From positions 1-47,499 of the IMG/VR virus record IMGVR_UViG_3300026258_000007: a DNA stretch of 47,499 nucleotides; one strand, written 5' to 3'. The stretch is from a virus. Lineage: Duplodnaviria > Caudoviricetes. Position numbers and translations under genes: made by a program. The number at the start of each line of letters is the position of its first letter. Position 1 is the stretch's first letter. The notes beneath the pieces are model-generated. The model worked only from the letters and a program-made list of their open reading frames with translations. It had not been told where the DNA came from and made no database searches. Shown piece after piece: positions 8,652-16,562 of this stretch.

Positions 8652-9158
8652 GTGAAAGAAGAAGAAATAAAGAATGAAGAAGCAATGAAGGAGTTTGATT
8701 GGAAACAACACATCAGAGATGTGCATAATGATATGGCTGAAGATATACAATATCTTTACCCAAACAATTCAACAGAAGCCTTCCTAACTGCAATATGGAA
8801 AATGTCAATAGACGTATTAGAAGGAATGGAAATACAGGTTATTGTAGATAACAAAGATGATTTGTACATTAGTAGTGGTACACCTGCCTTTGTATCCTTT
8901 GAAGGACATGAAGATGAATTAGTAAATGGTAAACCTATGCAAATACCTATCAAGTCTTGGATACACACACATCCTTTCGGTCATGCTTACTTTAGCAGTA
9001 CAGATTGGAAAACAATTAACACATGGAAACCTATACTAAAGTCTGCTATTGTACTTGGTGACAGTCAGTATTTAGCATATGACCCTGAAACCATACTAGC
9101 AAAGAAAGTTTTCTATGGTCTACTGGCAGAAGATAAATCTAAGGGGGAAGAGGAATGA
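8652..9158 (+). CDS. JAB/JAMM (MPN+) metallopeptidase
   Basis: E-IQVIV followed by WIHTHPFGHAYFSSTD, i.e. the E...HxH-x7-S-x2-D JAMM motif; GTG 8652 after GGAGG preferred over TTG 8598. Confidence 0.88.
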   Translation: MKEEEIKNEEAMKEFDWKQHIRDVHNDMAEDIQYLYPNNSTEAFLTAIWKMSIDVLEGMEIQVIVDNKDDLYISSGTPAFVSFEGHEDELVNGKPMQIPIKSWIHTHPFGHAYFSSTDWKTINTWKPILKSAIVLGDSQYLAYDPETILAKKVFYGLLAEDKSKGEEE

Positions 9159-9385
9159 GATTGATTAGTTTAGTAACTAATTCAGGTGTCACTACTCTAA
9201 AGGTAGATGATATTAGTGGGTATTGTATTAATGAAGAAGCACAAGGTATGTTGAAGAAAAACACATACGTTACTGATATTCATATGATTAGTGGTACTAT
9301 ATTCACTAGTAAGATGACTGAGGCACAACTTCATGCGTTTGAAGATGTGATGCACGAAAGAAGGAAGGCGAAAGAAGATGAGTGA
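9155..9385 (+). CDS. small beta-rich hypothetical protein
   Basis: 76 aa; ATGA overlap. Confidence 0.7.
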   Translation: MRLISLVTNSGVTTLKVDDISGYCINEEAQGMLKKNTYVTDIHMISGTIFTSKMTEAQLHAFEDVMHERRKAKEDE

Positions 9386-9734
9386 AGTAGAAGAGATAGT
9401 AATAGGAAAGTTAAGGCAACGAGCCGAAGTAGGTAAAAGAAAGTATAATACTACTATGGAAAGAAAAGACTTGACTCGTAAAGCATGGTTAATACATGCT
9501 CAAGAGGAATGTCTAGACCTAGCAGTTTATCTACAAAAATGTATAATATTGGAGGAAGAAGAAGCCCCCGTTGATTTCTATTGGTCTAAGTTTGAAAGAT
9601 ACAAGGAGATTATAGGTGAGTTTGATGAGTTCATGTGTAATAATGAAGTAGATGAAACCGTACACAGTACATGGAATAAACTGTTTATTAAATATCCAGT
9701 AGTACGCCGAATGCCAAAAAAGGAGGAAGAATAA
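9378..9734 (+). CDS. putative all-alpha NTP pyrophosphohydrolase (MazG/dUTPase-like fold)
   Basis: R...G.RKY.T...W..HAQEECLDLAVY contains the EExxD metal-binding helix. Confidence 0.55.
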   Translation: MSEVEEIVIGKLRQRAEVGKRKYNTTMERKDLTRKAWLIHAQEECLDLAVYLQKCIILEEEEAPVDFYWSKFERYKEIIGEFDEFMCNNEVDETVHSTWNKLFIKYPVVRRMPKKEEE

Positions 9735-10079
9735 ATGAATAAAAATAAGAAGATGATAGAAGAAGCAAATGACCTTGCAAAAGGTGTTAAGATGTTAGTG
9801 AAAGAAAATAAGGAGTTAACAGACCTTGTTTGTTACATGAGGAAGATGTTAGATGATTGTGTAATTAGTAAGAATGGGATTACTGAATCAATTGATTGGA
9901 GTTCTAAGAAACTAGAGAAAGCATTTAACATTATGATGGAAGTTGAGCATGAAAAGGATATGATAAAGGAAGCAAAGCGTCAAGAAAAGACTGATAACCT
10001 ACATGTTGAAGGGATAATTGCATTCAATGACAGTCCCGCACCTACCATTGATGACTTTTATGGAGATGAAGAAATATGA
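9735..10079 (+). CDS. hypothetical protein
   Basis: 114 aa; GGAGG RBS. Confidence 0.65.
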   Translation: MNKNKKMIEEANDLAKGVKMLVKENKELTDLVCYMRKMLDDCVISKNGITESIDWSSKKLEKAFNIMMEVEHEKDMIKEAKRQEKTDNLHVEGIIAFNDSPAPTIDDFYGDEEI

Positions 10080-10567
10080 GTGATAAGACATTAACTATGG
10101 AAAATAGCAGACAAACAACACTAGCAGAATATGGTTTTGTATTCCTGATTCTAACAACTTTGTTAGCAGGTTGTACAATCCCAACTCCTGATGAAGTGTT
10201 CGATGAAGAAACACAAGCACCAAAAGAATGGAGTACAGTTAATGGTACTTTCACATTCTTGATAGATGATGCAAATAACTCTACGCAAGAAACTGTATGG
10301 TTAGATGTTAATACTACTTATGGATTAATTGAATTAGATTATTTCCATTATAATGTAACACATCTTAGTTTTGACATTGTAAACAATTCTGTTAGGTTCA
10401 ATAACTATTCCTTCAATATAGATGGTCATTTAGAACAAGATGGTTTAATTTGGAATAGTGGTTATGCACCTCAGTTTGGTAATGCAACACTTATGTTTGC
10501 TACATTCCCCTTTGATGTAACAGTCGAATACGAAGTTAAATATCGTGTATGGAATGGTAGAGAATGA
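10076..10567 (+). CDS. predicted lipoprotein
   Basis: hydrophobic stretch FVFLILTTLL ending in lipobox LAGC; Asn/Thr-rich beta ectodomain with several NxS/T sequons. Confidence 0.7.
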   Translation: MSDKTLTMENSRQTTLAEYGFVFLILTTLLAGCTIPTPDEVFDEETQAPKEWSTVNGTFTFLIDDANNSTQETVWLDVNTTYGLIELDYFHYNVTHLSFDIVNNSVRFNNYSFNIDGHLEQDGLIWNSGYAPQFGNATLMFATFPFDVTVEYEVKYRVWNGRE

Positions 10568-10965
10568 AGAAAGAAGCAATAACTGTTCAATTTCCTGCTC
10601 CGCTTCCTGCGGATATAACTTGTCCTATTTGTGAAGGCAATAAGTGCAAGGTTTGTGAAATGAGTGGTAAAATAAAACTAGTAGTTGATGCTAAAGTCCC
10701 GATACAAAAAGCATTGATAGTAAAGTATGTCGCTAACAATATTAACTCAATAAGTTCAGATTTATCTAAGAACTATGGTTTAGTTCCTGAGATAGAAACA
10801 ATGGAAGTTTTCGAACATCCTGAGAAGAGAACTTATGAGATAATTAAGATTAGTAGTCTAGGGGGCGTGGTCTATATCGCCACAAGAGTTGATGATGTTG
10901 AAGCAATAAGAACGTTCACATCTCTAAAAGATTTGAATAGATTTAAGGAAGGTTGGTACGAATGA
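10564..10965 (+). CDS. Zn-finger protein (DnaJ-like CxxCxG repeats)
   Basis: CPICEGNKCKVCEMSGK. Confidence 0.65.
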   Translation: MKKEAITVQFPAPLPADITCPICEGNKCKVCEMSGKIKLVVDAKVPIQKALIVKYVANNINSISSDLSKNYGLVPEIETMEVFEHPEKRTYEIIKISSLGGVVYIATRVDDVEAIRTFTSLKDLNRFKEGWYE

Positions 10966-11192
10966 GTAAAGAATTAGAAACGGTATTAAGAATACCAAGA
11001 AATGCAACAATGGAAATGATAGTGAAGAAAGGGCAATATTACAAAATAGATGTAGTAGATGTTAGATGGTATAGCAATGGTAAACCATCTAGAAAGGGAA
11101 TCCGAATGAATATGGATGAACTTGATATTCTACTGAAAGGATTGTCTAAGATTAATGCAAATTATAAGGTGAACTCTGATGAGTCTAATTAG
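10962..11192 (+). CDS. PC4/YdbC-like ssDNA-binding protein
   Basis: VDVRWY...KPSRKGIRM..DEL matches the PC4 signature; start taken from the ATGA overlap. Confidence 0.75.
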   Translation: MSKELETVLRIPRNATMEMIVKKGQYYKIDVVDVRWYSNGKPSRKGIRMNMDELDILLKGLSKINANYKVNSDESN

Positions 11193-12729
11193 ATTTGCAA
11201 GAATGTGTGAAGCAATAGAAGCCCAAGATAGAACAACAGAAAAGATTAGAGTATTAGATGAATCTCTTAGTTCATTTTCTAATCCTACTGTTGTTTTAGA
11301 TATATTATCTCTTAACTTAGAACCTAATAATATTGGTAATAAGAGAGCGATAACATGGGTTGCTAATTCATTAGAGATGTTTGAGGATGAAGTCAAAACT
11401 CAAATAGATATGTGGAATGATTTAGGTGAAGGCATATTTATGTTTCTTGATGGTGAATGGAATAGTGATTCTAATTACACTATTAGAAATCTATATTCCT
11501 TTCTAACATTAGATTGTTCATCAATCAATAGTGATTCATATAGCATTATCAAAGAGGCAATGAATGAAATGTCTGCTTTAGAAGTTAAATGGTTTCTTCG
11601 CTATTGGTTAAGACATCCAAGAAACGGAATAGGTGAAAAAGCATTAACTCAACTATTGAAGCGTAGGTTTTCATCAGAATATAGAGATAGTTACATTAAG
11701 GTACATTCTCCTGCTGAAATATTTAGGTATTTATCTAATGGTGAAACACCACCAGTACATTCAGGTGTAGGTAAGTTCGTACAATGTTCTCTTGCAAAAA
11801 AGTTTCAACAACCATATAAGTTGCCTGTTGAGTTTCTAATTGATTACAAGTATGATGGTAATAGATATCAGATTCATAGAGATAGGGACAGTGTTATTAT
11901 TTTCAATAGAAAGGGTAAGGTTGTAACTAGGCAATATCCTGATATCGTAGAATTAGTTAAAACATTTAATGCTACTACTTTTATTTTAGATACAGAGATT
12001 TACCCTGTTATATCTAGGGGAAAGACAGAACCTTCTGAACATAAGAACCTAGCAACTAGAGTTCATTCTAAAGATATTGAGAGTGCGGTTGAGAAGTGTC
12101 CTGTTCATCTTGTGATTTTTGACATCTTATATTATATGGGTCATAGTCTAATAGAACAAAAGTACAAAGAACGTTTAATTCATATGCCTGATTTTCCCTC
12201 TGTAAACAGAGCAATATCTTTTACAGATAGGGATATAGAAAGAGCATACAATATGGCTATCAATGATGGCTTTGAAGGTATTATGATTAAAGACTTAAAC
12301 TCTACTTATCAAGCGGGAAGAAGAACTAGTGCTATGGTAAAACATAAACCACCTAGAATTGATTTAGATGTTGTAATTACTAGTGCCAAATACGGTGAAG
12401 GTAAAAGAGGTAATGTATTCGGTACATTTGGTGTATCAGTTAAGGATGACTCTACATCTACTGGATTTACCCCAATAGGTTCTGTTGGTAGTGGTTTATC
12501 TGAAGGTGATTTAGTTTATCTAACAACTGAACTCAAGAAAATAGTAGAGAAGTTTTCTAGTGATGTGTTCCATGTGCTACCTAGAATTGTTCTAGAGGTT
12601 ACTTGTGATTTAATATCTAGAGATGCTGATGGTAACTATGGTCTTAGATTTCCAAGAGTTATTAGAATTAGAAATGACAAGTTCGCTAAAGAATGTAATT
12701 CTATTTTAGATGTGCAAATGATGGCTTAG
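11179..12729 (+). CDS. lig: ATP-dependent DNA ligase
   Basis: Motif I YKYDGNR, III ILDTEI, IIIa IFDILY, IV EGIMIK, V VKHK, VI LRFPRVIRIRNDK. Confidence 0.96.
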   Translation: MSLIRFARMCEAIEAQDRTTEKIRVLDESLSSFSNPTVVLDILSLNLEPNNIGNKRAITWVANSLEMFEDEVKTQIDMWNDLGEGIFMFLDGEWNSDSNYTIRNLYSFLTLDCSSINSDSYSIIKEAMNEMSALEVKWFLRYWLRHPRNGIGEKALTQLLKRRFSSEYRDSYIKVHSPAEIFRYLSNGETPPVHSGVGKFVQCSLAKKFQQPYKLPVEFLIDYKYDGNRYQIHRDRDSVIIFNRKGKVVTRQYPDIVELVKTFNATTFILDTEIYPVISRGKTEPSEHKNLATRVHSKDIESAVEKCPVHLVIFDILYYMGHSLIEQKYKERLIHMPDFPSVNRAISFTDRDIERAYNMAINDGFEGIMIKDLNSTYQAGRRTSAMVKHKPPRIDLDVVITSAKYGEGKRGNVFGTFGVSVKDDSTSTGFTPIGSVGSGLSEGDLVYLTTELKKIVEKFSSDVFHVLPRIVLEVTCDLISRDADGNYGLRFPRVIRIRNDKFAKECNSILDVQMMA

Positions 12730-12766
12730 GGTAAATACTTATGTACCTACTTGTATAGGGTCAATA

Positions 12767-13222
12767 GTGTGGAATACGGCCTCAGTAGTCGGTTTGAATA
12801 AGGATGTTATTTCAGGGGTATGTGCTATTTTAGCAAAACCTGTTGTAGTTATTAATAGAGATAGCAACCATGATTTAGGATACAAGGTTAAATTATCAAT
12901 AGTGCTTAGAGGTGATATGCATTTGTTGACTAAAGTTCAGCGTGTATTTATGCAGAATGGTATTTATTGTACTATCAAAGACGTTGAATCCAAAGTCAGA
13001 CCAAGACCTATTCTGAGGATAGGAAGGTTGGAACATATTAGAAACTTCCAATCTACCTATCTTCAAAATGCTCTAGATGATGATAATGCTCTTTACATTG
13101 GCGACGAAAACAGTAAAGAATCTTGGATTAGATTCCTAACAATACTTGCTATTGTTGAGGGTAAAAAACATCTTACTGCTGATGGACTTGACGAAATAAT
13201 GAAATTAAAAGGGGTATTATAA
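12767..13222 (+). CDS. single-domain LAGLIDADG-fold protein, catalytic motif degenerate
   Basis: LGYKVKLSI strand and C-terminal KKHLTADGLDEIMKLK typical of LAGLIDADG endonucleases; motif helix reads ISGVCAILAK with no acidic residue; start uncertain (12767 GTG or 12794 TTG). Confidence 0.65.
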   Translation: MWNTASVVGLNKDVISGVCAILAKPVVVINRDSNHDLGYKVKLSIVLRGDMHLLTKVQRVFMQNGIYCTIKDVESKVRPRPILRIGRLEHIRNFQSTYLQNALDDDNALYIGDENSKESWIRFLTILAIVEGKKHLTADGLDEIMKLKGVL

Positions 13223-13563
13223 TGCTCTGCCCTAGATGCAATAATACTGAAATAAAGGAGGGCAGAAGCCTATGTTCTCTTTGTGCCATTGAAATGGTTA
13301 AACTATCTATAACAAAAGAAACTTCTACAAGTATGTCTGATTATGAAATAGTCAAACACCATACTATTAGAATGTTGATGGATGGTTGTAGAGAGTGCGG
13401 TAACAAAGACTTCGGTTTTGATGTCGGAGTTAAAGAAGAAAATGAATTAAAATGGTATGTAGCACACATACACTGTGGAAATTGCCACATTAATTATAAA
13501 GAAATAATGGAAGTGAGAATGAATGAGTTTAATAAAAACTGCGAACCAACACATGAAAAATAA
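13222..13563 (+). CDS. double Zn-ribbon protein
   Basis: CPRC, CSLC, CREC, CGNC pairs. Confidence 0.7.
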   Translation: MLCPRCNNTEIKEGRSLCSLCAIEMVKLSITKETSTSMSDYEIVKHHTIRMLMDGCRECGNKDFGFDVGVKEENELKWYVAHIHCGNCHINYKEIMEVRMNEFNKNCEPTHEK

Positions 13564-14374
13564 ACCAATGATAGTAGTCGGTAATACAAAACTAGACAAG
13601 ATGGAAAAGGCGTTGTCCTTTGTATCAGATAATCCAATTGTAATGTATGCAAATGAATATGATATTATTGATAATTATAGTATCCCATCAGAAAGGGGTA
13701 TTATTATTGATGAAGCCCACTACAAACCTAACGTTGATTTAATTAAGAAAACTATGTTAGAATATAGAGGACAAGTAGTATTACTTTCTGATAATCAGAA
13801 GTCTGTACCAAAGGCATTGTTTTCATTGTGTAACTTAAAAAGAGCAGGAAAGAAGATAGAACTAGGAATTAAATCTCCTAGAGCAGATGAATCTAAAGAA
13901 TATGATATAGATATGTATCCAATGATTCGTGAGTATCTAAAAAACCCTGATAGAGACGAAGTAGCATCTATGCTGAAACTGTCTCAACCTAGCGATACTC
14001 ATTTCTTATCTTGGCTAGTTCCTAATCTACATCCTAACAGACTATCATTTGTTGATTTCTCTGTTAAAAGAAGGTGGCCTAATTCATACTTCTATGAATT
14101 ATTAGCATACGCACATGATGGTAGATTGAATCGTAAAATGCAAATGCCTAAGCGTGGTAGTTATTCTAAATTACCTAGTATATCTAAACGATTAGGACTT
14201 AAACCTCATGAATCATATCTACTACATGACTTACTTAAAGATGTAAAGTTTGCAGAATATGCTAAAACTAAACTTAACAATGGTGAATGTAGATTACTAG
14301 GTTTAGGAGAAAAGAAAAGAAAAAAGAAAACAGATTTAATAATCCCACAACAAGGATTAGGAGAGTGGTTTTAA
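13523..14374 (+). CDS. degenerate clamp-loader large subunit-like (RFC-L-like) protein
   Basis: Walker B-like IIIDEAH, eroded P-loop IVVGNTKLDK, C-terminal PIP box QQGLGEWF, close to RFC-S. Confidence 0.55.
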   Translation: MSLIKTANQHMKNKPMIVVGNTKLDKMEKALSFVSDNPIVMYANEYDIIDNYSIPSERGIIIDEAHYKPNVDLIKKTMLEYRGQVVLLSDNQKSVPKALFSLCNLKRAGKKIELGIKSPRADESKEYDIDMYPMIREYLKNPDRDEVASMLKLSQPSDTHFLSWLVPNLHPNRLSFVDFSVKRRWPNSYFYELLAYAHDGRLNRKMQMPKRGSYSKLPSISKRLGLKPHESYLLHDLLKDVKFAEYAKTKLNNGECRLLGLGEKKRKKKTDLIIPQQGLGEWF

Positions 14375-14484
14375 TGGATAAAGTATGTTTATCCTGTTTA
14401 TACGTTTTACCTCACGTTAGAACAAAAAGAGGTAACTTAGTCTGCAAAAGATGTGGACATCCTACAAAGGAGGAAAAAATATGA
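14374..14484 (+). CDS. Zn-ribbon microprotein (not in ORF track)
   Basis: 36 aa MDKVCLSC...VCKRCGHPTKEEKI; TAATG and ATGA overlaps. Confidence 0.65.
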   Translation: MDKVCLSCLYVLPHVRTKRGNLVCKRCGHPTKEEKI

Positions 14485-15302
14485 ATAAGAAAAATATGAA
14501 TGTAAGAAATGCAAAAAAGAACGAACTGTATATGAACAGAAAATGGCTTGAAGGACAATATGTACACAACAACAGGTCAGCAAAACAAATTAGTGATATG
14601 TTTAATGTATCTCTCTATGAGATAATTAAGTATATTGAGATGTTTAATTTAGAAGAGAACCCTAACAAAGAAGAAAGACAATTCAGAAAATTGGTTAAAG
14701 GGAAACAACAAGCAAAGCCTTCAAGTAAAAAGGTTAAGAAAGTTAAGAAAGTTAAAAAGGTTAAGAAAGTTAAGAAAGTTGACAACTTCAAGGTTAGGCC
14801 AAAGTCAAATAAGTATAAGTCAAAAACTTGGTTAAAGACTGCTTTCTTTGATGAAGGAATGTCAATAACAGAAATGGGAGTTCTTTGTGGTGTTAATGAA
14901 GGAGTTATTCGTTATTGGTTAAAGAAATATGGATTAACAAGACAGGCTAGAGATGCATATAGAACAAAGAAACAAGACGCAAAATATCTTGGAGTAACAC
15001 AACACCAAGTATCTACAAAAATGGGGCATTATGTACAAGTTAATCCTTATACTAATGTAACACAACCAAGAAAGGCATATAGTACTATTAGGAACTATGA
15101 AACAGGATTGTATGATGTTGTAGGTGTAATAGAACATGAACACGGATACCATTCATTAGAGCATGGTATGTTCTTAGAACTTTCAAAGGAAGACGCATCA
15201 GAACTGGCTATGAATATGAATAAGTCATTGGGGCTTAGAGATTCAGAAGCAAATACAATTATTCTATCTTCATTAGGTTGGGATAAAACGGTGAGACAAT
15301 GA
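14481..15302 (+). CDS. basic DNA-binding protein with two HTH-like modules and a (KKV)6 linker
   Basis: KWLEGQY...SAKQISDMFNVS and TWLKTAF...SITEMGVLCGVN..VIRYWLKKYGL; GGAGG RBS supports start 14481. Confidence 0.7.
   Translation: MNKKNMNVRNAKKNELYMNRKWLEGQYVHNNRSAKQISDMFNVSLYEIIKYIEMFNLEENPNKEERQFRKLVKGKQQAKPSSKKVKKVKKVKKVKKVKKVDNFKVRPKSNKYKSKTWLKTAFFDEGMSITEMGVLCGVNEGVIRYWLKKYGLTRQARDAYRTKKQDAKYLGVTQHQVSTKMGHYVQVNPYTNVTQPRKAYSTIRNYETGLYDVVGVIEHEHGYHSLEHGMFLELSKEDASELAMNMNKSLGLRDSEANTIILSSLGWDKTVRQ
14727..14780 (+). repeat. tandem repeat, 6 x 9 bp (a perfect 2 x 27 bp unit), encoding (KKV)6
   Basis: aaaaaggttaagaaagttaagaaagtt occurs twice in tandem. Confidence 0.9.
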
Positions 15303-16216
15303 GTGAATTATGGACTGAAAAATATAGACCAAGTAAACTAAGTGAAATAGTAGGACAACTAAGTTTTGTATTAGATGCAGAACATTGGGTAACATCAGGT
15401 AACATGCCTAATGTATTGTTCTACGGTGTAGCAGGTACAGGTAAAACTGCTGCATCCGTTGCGTTAGTTAATGAGTTACTAGGTGATAACAAGCATGGTA
15501 ATTTCTTTGAGATTAATGCTTCTGATGATAGGAAACTAGAAACTGTCAGAACCAAGATTAAAGAAATTGCTTCTACCAAAGTTATAGGTGATGCTCCTTT
15601 CAAGATTATACTTCTTGATGAGATGGATGGTATGACGAGAGATGCACAAAATGCTTTGAAGAGAGTCATGGAAAGGTATGCTGATAATTGTAGATTTATT
15701 ATTACATGTAATGAGAGACACAAGATTATTCATCCCTTGCAATCTAGGTGTGCAAACTACCAATTCAAGAGAGTTAATCCTGACAGTATGTTAGATATTT
15801 TCACTAAAATCCTATCAGAAGAAGGTGTAAAACAGTATTCTGAGGATGAGTTAAAAAGGTTTATTACCTATTTGCAGGGTGATTTAAGACGAGGGATTAA
15901 CGAATTACAGGCATCCTCATCTAGCAATCGAAGCCTAGAAAACCAAATAGATAGAAGTTTAGAACCATACTCTAAAATAATGAAAATGATAAATGAAAAT
16001 GACTATGATAATGCTTTAGAGAAGGTGCATAAATTGATTTACGATTCTACTGATATGAAGACTATCTGCATTAATTTGCACGATATTATATTAAAGATGG
16101 ATTCTTCGCAACAATCCAAGTTCAAGATGCTCCGTGTAGTTGGGGAGGCTGAGTGGAGAAGTAGTAATATGACTCCTAAAGTGTTAGCATCTTGGATGAT
16201 AGGACAGATGATTTGA
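15299..16216 (+). CDS. rfcS: replication factor C small subunit (clamp loader)
   Basis: LWTEKYRP, GVAGTGKT, EINASD, ILLDEMD, AQNALKR, LQSRC, GDLR. Confidence 0.96.
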   Translation: MSELWTEKYRPSKLSEIVGQLSFVLDAEHWVTSGNMPNVLFYGVAGTGKTAASVALVNELLGDNKHGNFFEINASDDRKLETVRTKIKEIASTKVIGDAPFKIILLDEMDGMTRDAQNALKRVMERYADNCRFIITCNERHKIIHPLQSRCANYQFKRVNPDSMLDIFTKILSEEGVKQYSEDELKRFITYLQGDLRRGINELQASSSSNRSLENQIDRSLEPYSKIMKMINENDYDNALEKVHKLIYDSTDMKTICINLHDIILKMDSSQQSKFKMLRVVGEAEWRSSNMTPKVLASWMIGQMI

Positions 16217-16299
16217 TGGAAGGAGTAGCAATTTTACTAGGGTTTATTGTATTGAGATTTCTAATGAGAATAGATAAACGAGGTAGAAGGAGATGGTAA
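16216..16299 (+). CDS. small membrane peptide (not in ORF track)
   Basis: 27 aa MEGVAILLGFIVLRFLMRIDKRGRRRW; 1-nt overlaps on both sides. Confidence 0.5.
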   Translation: MEGVAILLGFIVLRFLMRIDKRGRRRW

Positions 16300-16562
16300 T
16301 GATGAGTAAATTAGATATTAACGAAGATGGTGTAGTGGATTTGAAAGATGTAGAACATCTACTACTACGCTACGAAATAATAGCGTTAGGTGGTGCGTTG
16401 CTGATAGTACTACCAATATTAAACACGCTAGATTATATCAGCGTAGATTCCAATTTCTTTTGGATATTATGTGGCTTAGTCATGTTGACAGAAGGATTAG
16501 TGGAAATAAAACACGAAAGAAAAAAAATGAATACCGTAAAGGAGGAAAAAATAAATGAATGA
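16299..16562 (+). CDS. membrane protein with N-terminal dockerin/EF-hand-like Ca-binding loop
   Basis: LDINEDGVVDLKD followed by two hydrophobic helices. Confidence 0.65.
   Translation: MMSKLDINEDGVVDLKDVEHLLLRYEIIALGGALLIVLPILNTLDYISVDSNFFWILCGLVMLTEGLVEIKHERKKMNTVKEEKINE

Noticed and set aside
12767-13222. Active homing endonuclease or mobile intron
   Set aside because: Catalytic acidic residues are absent and the flanking genes are uninterrupted.
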